From positions 1 through 16,817 of the forward strand of contig CAZYLT010000030.1 in the NCBI GenBank assembly GCA_964648855.1: DNA of 16,817 bases, given 5' to 3'. Below are positions 9,201-16,310 of the stretch, one piece after another; position 1 is the stretch's first letter, and each line of letters starts with the position of its first letter. The notes under the pieces are model-generated. The model was not told the origin of the DNA, did not search any database, and worked only from the letters and a program-made list of their open reading frames with translations. The DNA comes from an uncultured archaeon. Its GTDB lineage: Archaea; Asgardarchaeota; Thorarchaeia; Thorarchaeales; Thorarchaeaceae. Position numbers and translations under genes: made by a program.

Positions 9201-9651
9201 ACATGAAACTTTCGCGAAGAGTTTCGATCCTTTTGACGAGAGCTTCATTGGTATTGCTTATGCACAACTATCTCCGTTTGAGGAACCTATAAAGGAAGAT
9301 GGGGTTCCCGCAACGGTTCATTATCTTGTCAGTTCCTCCGGCCCCCTCTGTATGGTATTGGCTCACAAAAGTAAGCTAATTCCTCTTCCTTCCCAAAGTT
9401 GGGTTCCTGTCTTCAGTTTCATTTTTTTGGGTATTCCTATCGATATTTCAGATTTGAGCAGCTTTAGAATAGATGAGATTGAACAAGTTTGGAAATATGT
9501 GATGGAAGCTGAATCTTGGTTAAGGCAGGATCATAATAGGATGCAAACCATATCAAACATTAAACCAGAGAAACCTGTGGTAAGAAGTGTGAAACTTGGA
9601 CCTTCACTGGGAACAGTTCTATTGAAACGCGATGGGGCAGGCACAACATGA
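6196..9651 (+). CDS. SNF2-family (RapA/DrmD-like) helicase with N-terminal PLD-family nuclease domain
   Basis: PLD motifs YDRVTSFYS, FHSK, TSMNES, NIE, RFEHLW; SF2 motifs LLPHQ, LLADEVGLGKTIEAG, DEAHH, SATP, SEGLN, DVPWNP, QRFGRVDRLGQ. ATG 6196 (ATGGGTGA overlap with upstream stop) preferred over 6169. Confidence 0.88.
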   Translation: MGESVLLGDDIPRAMSGSGKRIYESMIRRLFLASTQYDRVTSFYSPQSLVILLQELSEIWRVGGTARIVIGFHERMDILPALKTDLEVRNAIKKAVSEAMIGSIQSLLKIIKIKDQSYVQILRELLDRRAIHVKLVTPRANLDFYRRNSEWPKKARATFHSKFMIFHHKSKNDSSLISRISRRLYRWRKQHFYQPSTQRLIRGENFSVVTTSMNESVRAYGINIEDAVLHRSWKKSERNVANYFLDRFEHLWMDNCDDTVTMPFTGEFERVLEAIEQESKSSYLSWGIFQKIIRQSPLYHGISFEKVRLLPHQLGVYSEGLSRWPIRILLADEVGLGKTIEAGSIIDYLIRFGNADRVLILTPASLRKQWQSELDNLFGMEFWIYDPSRGVLERDGKELEVGKDLIDNSQGIKKIIVSWHWARIGADQEEPRINTDSMPDLIVVDEAHHARIHENSSGDYHTQLHKLLKRIQTKTPHILLLSATPFQTEVLDYFSLLDILGVPERFRSELERYCQWSLGNIINRRATQVQHLRSLHKYTIAYNLRRYKTLFKNGNDSIQDTKFYEDLLDTMGDLDRELVMEGHPATFMAVRNYRMSLKELGYSFPESNVNSPEIAINEDQREIFELIEKHIREFLGLPERLRNSGGQIGLMRSMYRQRIVSSIQAAYDTLYNRKEKLEKFIAEHDPSLLEDKIEEFSLNNSDIGNCDPSLNYTTSDEMVQLAMTQKASIEMANVRRMLARIRIEFFRDEVIDDPKMATLRTSIMEHLALDRKILIFSRFTSTTAAIIDSLKSIIDSHGLGRFDGSHCGVYHADDEILEFEGCTREDIVAYLKSGEIKVLVCSDAASEGLNIHYANVAINVDVPWNPSRVLQRFGRVDRLGQKSSNVYLANLYYPNSIEERMYRVLEDRRTDFRAVLGEIPEIMSEQQKEVINALGTGSKPRINLTLESIELKRKEYQQSRIFVGKSTTEDRRLMIDHLYDSLIKILKSKPSLHNENKFGSTQHETFAKSFDPFDESFIGIAYAQLSPFEEPIKEDGVPATVHYLVSSSGPLCMVLAHKSKLIPLPSQSWVPVFSFIFLGIPIDISDLSSFRIDEIEQVWKYVMEAESWLRQDHNRMQTISNIKPEKPVVRSVKLGPSLGTVLLKRDGAGTT

Positions 9652-9805
9652 GCTATATTGTCAGAACTTCATCGAAGGTGATTTCTATCTAGCCATCCTT
9701 CTAGTCCTTGTCTACAATCAACGTTACATGGCAAAGGAAAAACATTGTCAATACACACGAAACCTGACCTGAGAAATCCTTCTTGATGAGATCTATTTAG
9801 GCTAT

Positions 9806-10594
9806 TCATATCAGTACTTCTCTCCCAGGATTCCTGAATATGAATAAGTATTCATGTGCCAGCAATAGAAAATTGAGTTTCTTTGCTACCTTTCTCCAAT
9901 AATCCATGCTATTACAGTTGTGCTGAATCTTGATGACTATCTCTATAAGATCAAAACCCATTTCAACGCAGATTTGAAGGACTTTGAGACCGAGAGGTAC
10001 TATTTTTCGTCTTCTTCTAAGATCTCCTACCATTAATGCCATAATCTTATCTGGTTTAAGAACTCGTGCCACAGTGCCAAGCACTATTGATAATTCTTCA
10101 CAAAACTCAGAGATTGAATGGAAACTAGATAAATCACCTTTCAGATCAGAGTATTCTATTGCATCTGCGTATGGTGGATGTAACAATGCCAAGTCTACTG
10201 AATTGCTTTTGAGTGGACTCAGGTCACGAGAGTCCATTAGAATGACACTTTGAGAGGTAGGCAGTCCTTCAGCCTTTTTAATGCTTACAATGGCGTTCTT
10301 AAGAAATTGTGCGTTGATGTCTAACCCTATTCCCTTTCTGCCTAATCTTTTCGCCTCGATTAATGATGTGCCGGAACCTAGAAATGGGACAAGAACAATC
10401 TCAGAGGGGTTGCTATACCTCTTTATAAGATTGAAAGGGACCTGTGGTGCCCAATTACCTCGAAAGAATCCCTTGTGAGTTGACCAATCTCCCCTCTTCT
10501 CAAAGCTCCAAACAGTTGTATCTTCAAGCTCCATAAGCTGATCAAACTCAAATTGAGTTCGATCGACGCCTATTAAGGTCAACAAAACTAGCAT
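9806..10594 (-). CDS. N4-cytosine/N6-adenine DNA methyltransferase (HPPY type, motif I before motif IV)
   Basis: TTVWSF..RGDW.TH...RGNW, PFLGSGT, GLDIN, HPPY, HEYLFIF. True start may be ATG 10534. Confidence 0.82.
   Translation of the reverse strand: MLVLLTLIGVDRTQFEFDQLMELEDTTVWSFEKRGDWSTHKGFFRGNWAPQVPFNLIKRYSNPSEIVLVPFLGSGTSLIEAKRLGRKGIGLDINAQFLKNAIVSIKKAEGLPTSQSVILMDSRDLSPLKSNSVDLALLHPPYADAIEYSDLKGDLSSFHSISEFCEELSIVLGTVARVLKPDKIMALMVGDLRRRRKIVPLGLKVLQICVEMGFDLIEIVIKIQHNCNSMDYWRKVAKKLNFLLLAHEYLFIFRNPGREVLI
10540..10564. promoter_or_regulatory. 25-bp near-perfect palindrome bounded by GATC sites, candidate operator
   Basis: GATCAAACTCAA-A-TTGAGTTCGATC; 11 of 12 arm positions complementary; 5 nt upstream of ATG 10534. 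Confidence 0.5.
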
Positions 10595-10715
10595 TTAACT
10601 ATGCATGAAATTGAACGAGCTAAAATTCCAAAACGCCCTTTTGCCGCCAAAGCAACAATAGCTGGCAGATAGGTTTTTCAAAGGAAATACACTGAAGCAA
10701 GTTGGAGCTCAAGAA

Positions 10716-11636
10716 ATGACCTCTTCAGGAAAGCGAGCTGGTACCGGTTCTCCCCGTCCGATTGTCAAGTGGGCGGGAGGCAAAACACAAATCATTGAAG
10801 ACATACGAAAAAACCTACCCCTTGATTATTCAAATTACATTGAACCATTCCTAGGCGGAGGGGCAGTCTATTTTTATCTATATAGGAATAATCTTCTATC
10901 TGCAGGTGCATTAAGGACTGAATATAGACCCCCGATACTCTCTGATAGAAATCAAAGACTGATTGGGATGTACCGAGCGATATGCAATAACCCTGAGAAA
11001 GTTATGAAGCGACTTGATTCTCTTATGTCAAAAAGAAATAAAGAGGACTACTACGACCTCAGAGAAAAATGGAAGACTGTAACGGATGCAACTGAAAATG
11101 CAGCATTATTCATATACTTCAATAAGATGTGTTACAATGGACTATATCGAGTTAACCAAAATCAGGAATTTAATGTCCCATGGGGAAAGAGAAGTAGTGT
11201 GAAGTTGTATAATATACGAACCATACTTAGTGTTTCGGAAGCATTGAGTGAGGCAGTTATAACTTGTGAGGATTTTGAGTTTCCACTAAATTGGGCTGAA
11301 GAGGATTCCTTTGTTTACTTGGATCCTCCCTACCATTTCCCAAATAGAGAAAATGGTTTCACTTCTTATACATCTAAGGGTTTCAGTGAAGACGAACAAA
11401 TAAGGCTTGCACAGGAAGTTCGGAAATTAAGCCAGAAAGGCTGCAAAATCTTGATATCCAATTCAGATACACCATTAATTAGATCGCTTTATCCTGAAGA
11501 TGAAGGATTCTTCTTTGAACGAATAACCGCTAGAAGATTGATTAGCTGCAATGCCGAGGGAAGAGAAGAGATAACAGAGGTATTGATACGCAATTATCCC
11601 TCAATCGAAACAGAACACATACGGCTATCCGTTTAA
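10716..11636 (+). CDS. dam: Dam-family (D12 class) DNA adenine methyltransferase, probably GATC-specific
   Basis: KWAGGK, YIEPFLGGGAV, YNGLYRVN..FNVPWG, YLDPPY, FTSYT..GF, ISNS; all motifs intact. Confidence 0.92.
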   Translation: MTSSGKRAGTGSPRPIVKWAGGKTQIIEDIRKNLPLDYSNYIEPFLGGGAVYFYLYRNNLLSAGALRTEYRPPILSDRNQRLIGMYRAICNNPEKVMKRLDSLMSKRNKEDYYDLREKWKTVTDATENAALFIYFNKMCYNGLYRVNQNQEFNVPWGKRSSVKLYNIRTILSVSEALSEAVITCEDFEFPLNWAEEDSFVYLDPPYHFPNRENGFTSYTSKGFSEDEQIRLAQEVRKLSQKGCKILISNSDTPLIRSLYPEDEGFFFERITARRLISCNAEGREEITEVLIRNYPSIETEHIRLSV

Positions 11637-11641
11637 TTCTT

Positions 11642-12196
11642 CTAGTTTAGTATTAGACGCCTCTGGGAGCTAAATAGGCAATGTACATACTTGCTGCCTT
11701 TGGCTTCGGATTTTGAAACTTGGCCAAGTTGTTGGAGCCATGATAGTACTCCCTCGGCTCGCCTCGTTGTGGTGGATTTGTCCAACTCTGACTGGGTGTC
11801 AAGCAGGCTCTTGATATCTAAAAGGTCTGTACCTTCAGGTCCAGCAGACTCAACGGCCCTCAGAATCATTGAGATCACCGGGATTTGGATCGCAAAATCA
11901 GATAAATATCGCTCTCTTTCATCTTGGCTGGATATGTTGCAAAAAGCTGAGCCTCTAGGTGTTCTTATCCATTTTTGCCCCTTCTTGATAATTAGTCCCA
12001 GAAGTTCAGCTGCATCCCCATAGTAACTGCCCTGTCGCCTATCATATCCCAAGTAATCCGCAATATCCGAGGCTGAAACAGGCCAATTATCCATTTCACA
12101 AACAAAATTCGTGATTTGGTCAAGTCTATTTGCCTGAGGAACATCTTTTGTAGGAATATGGCTACCACCAATGAAATCTCTCAAATACGAGTTCAA
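11642..12196 (-). CDS. Stand-alone tandem winged-helix domain of the type seen in Dam-linked restriction proteins (DUF7226-like)
   Basis: PQAN, RQGSYYGDAAELLGL and STTTRRA..VLSW motifs recalled from that family; GGAGG (12209-12205) upstream of the TTG start; no nuclease motif seen. Confidence 0.65.
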   Translation of the reverse strand: MNSYLRDFIGGSHIPTKDVPQANRLDQITNFVCEMDNWPVSASDIADYLGYDRRQGSYYGDAAELLGLIIKKGQKWIRTPRGSAFCNISSQDERERYLSDFAIQIPVISMILRAVESAGPEGTDLLDIKSLLDTQSELDKSTTTRRAEGVLSWLQQLGQVSKSEAKGSKYVHCLFSSQRRLILN

Positions 12197-12356
12197 TCTA
12201 TTTTCCTCCGATAATATAAATCACTCGAGAGATATTATCTTTCCGCTCTACTGAAATGACATATCTACCCATTGACGCGTCTTAGCATCAACTGCCAGGA
12301 GTAGTGGTGTTGTAAGAACATCAACTAATCGTGATTAGATTCTATCATCAAACAAC

Positions 12357-12860
12357 CTACTCAATACCTATGGACCAAAGGGGAACTTTGACCAAGGAGG
12401 CGTAGTTTCCACTAAGGATATCATCGAGTTTCTGTAAACTCGCTCGGGCTGATCCATACTCTTCGGTCTGCCCTGGCCACCTGTCATATGCCATCTGATC
12501 TAGCGTTATTATTATTCCAACAGCAATTTGCTTTCTTTCATATAGTATCATGAAACGGAAGAAATCCCTGAAGAACATCTCAAACTTGGAGAATTCAAGC
12601 TCCATGCCTACATTCCATTTTGCCAAAGCCAAGCTATCCTCTCTCTTTGTTCCCAACTCCATCGGAGCATTCTTCGTCCATCCCTTGTTCTCAAAAGCAG
12701 CAAGCAAATACTGTCTTGCTGTTGTTCCCTTCTTTGTTCCATGAGGATACGGTTCCAGATCCTCGATAATTGACCCTACTTCCTGGTGTATATCCGGACT
12801 TACAATCTCCAATATTTCCTTTCCATTTCTAAAGCTGACTTCGTTATATTTCACATCCAC
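12357..12860 (-). CDS. BglII/BstYI/BamHI-like type II restriction endonuclease, possibly inactive
   Basis: F..KGW, KxxVGMELEF (BamHI has VGMEFE), RDFFRF, IAVGIIIT, VPLWSIGIE; adjacent to MTases. Confidence 0.78.
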   Translation of the reverse strand: MDVKYNEVSFRNGKEILEIVSPDIHQEVGSIIEDLEPYPHGTKKGTTARQYLLAAFENKGWTKNAPMELGTKREDSLALAKWNVGMELEFSKFEMFFRDFFRFMILYERKQIAVGIIITLDQMAYDRWPGQTEEYGSARASLQKLDDILSGNYASLVKVPLWSIGIE

Positions 12861-13061
12861 CCACTTCCGATTATATATTCAAATACAGGTCATTTAATGC
12901 TTTTTAGATCGAATTTCTGAAGGAAATTATAAATACAACTATTCTACTTCTTGACAACCAGCTCCTGTCGAAATAATCATGAATTTCAAAAACTCATTAA
13001 ACCGTATACCGAAAAACAAATAATTCTCCTTCGCTCCAGCCGACTCGGGAGTGACTGAGCC

Positions 13062-13847
13062 TTGCAGGTACTAGCTGACCCAACCACCTTCTACCTTCTC
13101 ATCATGATTCTGCTCGGTTTCATTGGCGGTTTCGTCGATAACGCCTTCGGCATGGGCTACAGCCTCCTCACCCCCATTTTCGTCCTCCTCGGTTTCGACC
13201 CCCTCATCGTCGTCCCAACCCTCCTTCTCTCCCAGACAGTAGCGGGTCTCTCAGGCACCATTTTCCACCGCCTGTTCAGAAACATCGAGTTCAAGTCCCC
13301 CACCCATCGCGAGGGCAAGATCTACCTCCTCTTCACAGTCTTTGGCGTCGCCGGCGCCATCCTATCTGCCGCCCTCGCAGTCACCCTCCCTGCGTGGTTC
13401 ACGCTCCTCTACATCGGATTCATGATGCTGATTGTGGGCTTCATCGTCCGCTTCAAGATCAGCTTCACCGGTGGCTGGTGGAAGATGTACTTGGCGAGCG
13501 GCATCGGTGGCTTCAACAAGGCCATCTCTGGCGGAGGCTACGGTCCACTTGTGACCAGCGTGCAAATTATGAGCGGCAGCGATGTTAAGAGCTCGGTGGG
13601 CATCACTCAGTTCTCAGAAGCCACCATCTCCACCATCGGATTTCTCATTTACGTCGCCTTTAACAGCACATCTATGGTGATTCAGATTCTGCAATCTGCT
13701 TTAGTATTCGTTCTGACTGGCGCCGTGGCAGCTCCCATGGGCGCACTCTTTGTGAGGCATCTTGATGACAGCAAAGCTCGAGAGGCAGTAGGGTTTGTGT
13801 CAATCGTCTTGGGCATCATCACCATTCTTCGCTTTTTCCTTCTCTAG
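13062..13847 (+). CDS. Sulfite exporter TauE/SafE family permease
   Basis: Repeated GFVDNAFGMGY..LTP and GGFNKAISGGGYGPL motifs, ~8 TM segments; TTG start uncertain. Confidence 0.85.
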   Translation: MQVLADPTTFYLLIMILLGFIGGFVDNAFGMGYSLLTPIFVLLGFDPLIVVPTLLLSQTVAGLSGTIFHRLFRNIEFKSPTHREGKIYLLFTVFGVAGAILSAALAVTLPAWFTLLYIGFMMLIVGFIVRFKISFTGGWWKMYLASGIGGFNKAISGGGYGPLVTSVQIMSGSDVKSSVGITQFSEATISTIGFLIYVAFNSTSMVIQILQSALVFVLTGAVAAPMGALFVRHLDDSKAREAVGFVSIVLGIITILRFFLL

Positions 13848-13944
13848 CAGCGTCATTCGACAAAGAACGAACCACAATTCGTTGTTTCCTGCAACAGATA
13901 AAAGGCAGGCTGTTTATTGGGCGGCTATCACGGAGTAGAACAAG

Positions 13945-15150
13945 ATGGTCAGAGATTTGATTGTTGTCGGTGGTGGCCCTGCTGGTGCTGCCTGTGCACG
14001 ACGAGCGGCGCAAAACGGATTGGATGTGCTAGTTCTTGAACGGGAAGAGCATCCGCGAAGAAAGGCATGCGGTGGTGGATTCAGAAAGGCACTTCTCGAC
14101 CTGCTTGACTTTGATGCTACTCCAGCGTTGGATAGAAATACCTGCGGTTCCCATCTCTTCTCGCCGTCACGCACGAAGGTGGTCGCCACTTTGGACATGG
14201 TGACCGGATACACAGTCAAACGTAGTGTCTTCGACAAGCTCCTACTTGATAAGGCTGCAGAGGCCGGTGCAGAAGTTCGACAGGGTGTAGAGGTCTTCAA
14301 CGTGGATGAAGAGACCGACCACGTTATCGCAGAGACCGCTGACAGAGAATTTCTCAAGGCGAAATATCTAGTGGGTGCAGATGGCGTCAACAGCAGAGTG
14401 GCGCGGACCACGGGGCTTCACTGTAGATGGGAAGACGATAAGATTGGGCTTTGCATGGAGGCGGGTGTTCCAATGGAGGAGAGTGACATTCTCCGCATCA
14501 CCCAGGGTCCGTATGGCAAGGACTTGATTTGCATTCAGATTTACTTCGGTGGCCTCCAACACGGCTATGCTTGGTGTTTTCCGAAGAAGGGCGAGGTCTC
14601 TCTGGGAATGGGTTGTCTTATGCCGTACGCAAAGGACCTTGGCGTTGCGTGGAAGAAGTTCGTTGCTGAATTCGAGGCTAGGTACTCGGTCAACATTGAC
14701 CTAAGCAACCAGACTGCTATGCGTGTTCCTCTGGCTGGTCCCATAGATAATACAGTTTCTAAGTGCGTCATGCTCGTAGGGGATGCGGCAGGATTTGTTT
14801 CTCCGGCAACAGGCGAGGGAATCTACTATGCCATTGAGACCGGGCAGATTGCTGCAGATGTCACAGCTGGTATCATCAGGGGAGAGATTGATGGCACGCA
14901 GGAATACCAGAAGCGATGGAAAAAAGGCATTGGCAAGCAATTGGATGTTGCTAATTTCTTGGCTAATCTCATGTTTAATTCTGAGGAGAATATGGAACGA
15001 GTCATTCAGCTTGCAGCACGGGATGATGTCATGCTCGAGTACATGTCCGAGCTCATCGGAGGCATGCGTCCGTACACCGACCTGCGCTGGGACATAATGA
15101 AGCGCGTAGTAACACGTCATACCTTAACAGGCTTGAAAATGCTATTCTGA
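13945..15150 (+). CDS. Geranylgeranyl reductase family FAD-dependent oxidoreductase
   Basis: DLIVVGGGPAG, KACGGG, GADGVNS, YAWCFPK, VGDAAGFVSPATGEGI. Confidence 0.9.
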   Translation: MVRDLIVVGGGPAGAACARRAAQNGLDVLVLEREEHPRRKACGGGFRKALLDLLDFDATPALDRNTCGSHLFSPSRTKVVATLDMVTGYTVKRSVFDKLLLDKAAEAGAEVRQGVEVFNVDEETDHVIAETADREFLKAKYLVGADGVNSRVARTTGLHCRWEDDKIGLCMEAGVPMEESDILRITQGPYGKDLICIQIYFGGLQHGYAWCFPKKGEVSLGMGCLMPYAKDLGVAWKKFVAEFEARYSVNIDLSNQTAMRVPLAGPIDNTVSKCVMLVGDAAGFVSPATGEGIYYAIETGQIAADVTAGIIRGEIDGTQEYQKRWKKGIGKQLDVANFLANLMFNSEENMERVIQLAARDDVMLEYMSELIGGMRPYTDLRWDIMKRVVTRHTLTGLKMLF

Positions 15151-15217
15151 AATGAGTACCTCAGCACATAGTTCATCTGCTAGAGTTGTAACACATTCAA
15201 CTTGAGGAGAAAAGACC

Positions 15218-16303
15218 ATGCAGCTTGATGCGCTTTTGCTAAACACTGGGCTGTTTGCTGCCGGCTTGGTAATGCTGGTCTACAGCTCAGATGTCTTCGT
15301 AGAATACGCATCAAGACTGGCGAAGCAAATCGGCATTTCTGAATTGACGATTGGTCTCACAATCGTTGCCATTGGCACCTCGATGCCCGAGATAGTATCT
15401 AGCGTTCTATCGATACTTGCTGATAAACCCGCTCTAGCATTTGGAAATATCATTGGCAGTTTCCTGATCAACCTCACTCTCATTATCGGAGTGAGTGCAT
15501 TGTTATCTCCCTTGGCTTCCAATGCTGTGGTCCTAGAGCGCGACTCGAAAATCATGATTTTGACCGTTTTGGTCCTCGTAGCTGCACTACTGGATCCATT
15601 CTCCCCAGGTGCTGTCACATTCTGGGAAGGGCTCATTCTCATTGTTCTTTTCTTCGCCTATCTTTCGTTTCTGTACTCGCATAGAGAGGAAGCCCTGACC
15701 TCCTTTCAATTTTCAATGTTCGTTGACTATTTGATACGCCTGCGTTTCCTTACATCGCTTCGAGGCACCTTCCAGAAACCTCTTCGTCCCCGTCATCGAT
15801 CCAAGGCTAAGATTCAGGAAGAAACAGGCAGTCAGAGTCAGATAGCTAGAAATGGAGCCATTGTCATGATCAGTTTGGTCACGATTGTTCTTGGTGCACA
15901 GGTGCTGATTACCAGCATTGACTATATTGCAATGACTTCGGGCATCAGTGAGGGCCTCATTGGAGTAACACTTGTAGCAATTGGAACCTCACTGCCTGAA
16001 TTGATGGTTTCTATCAACAGTGCAAAACGTGGTTTTGGTAGGCTGCTTATTGGCAATGTGATTGGGAGCAATATAGTCAATATAACTCTCGGATTGGGCA
16101 TAGGCGCACTTCTGCTGCCTGTCGGTATTGGGCTTGTACAGGGTCTCTTTATGGCACAGTTTGCCGCCATTGTGGCGATAATCTTTCACTACATTATCAG
16201 ACGCGATTGGAGGGTCACTCGTAATGAAGGAATTTTCCTATTGTTTCTCTTTGTATTTGCACAGCTGGTCCTGAGCTTCATCACGCAATTCATTACTGGC
16301 TAA
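15218..16303 (+). CDS. Calcium/sodium antiporter (CaCA, YrbG/NCX_Mj-like)
   Basis: Two alpha repeats VAIGTSMPE...GNIIGS and VAIGTSLPE...GNVIGSN; GAGGAG RBS. Confidence 0.92.
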   Translation: MQLDALLLNTGLFAAGLVMLVYSSDVFVEYASRLAKQIGISELTIGLTIVAIGTSMPEIVSSVLSILADKPALAFGNIIGSFLINLTLIIGVSALLSPLASNAVVLERDSKIMILTVLVLVAALLDPFSPGAVTFWEGLILIVLFFAYLSFLYSHREEALTSFQFSMFVDYLIRLRFLTSLRGTFQKPLRPRHRSKAKIQEETGSQSQIARNGAIVMISLVTIVLGAQVLITSIDYIAMTSGISEGLIGVTLVAIGTSLPELMVSINSAKRGFGRLLIGNVIGSNIVNITLGLGIGALLLPVGIGLVQGLFMAQFAAIVAIIFHYIIRRDWRVTRNEGIFLLFLFVFAQLVLSFITQFITG

Positions 16304-16310
16304 GAAGTCA

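Larger units (their letters stand above)
3890..12860. other. Putative defence / restriction-modification island
   Basis: Seven contiguous DNA-acting genes, visibly AT-richer than the flanks; no integrase or transposase in the window. Confidence 0.75.

Noticed and set aside
6169-9651. Calling the locus DISARM, Dpd, Pbe/Dnd or BREX
   Set aside because: No DrmA/DrmB, DpdA, Dnd/Ssp or PglZ/BrxC gene is visible; only shared domains.
15440-15475. GNIIGSFLIN instead of GSN in the antiporter's first alpha repeat
   Set aside because: This position varies in CaCA proteins; the GTSxPE motifs and the downstream Asn are intact.
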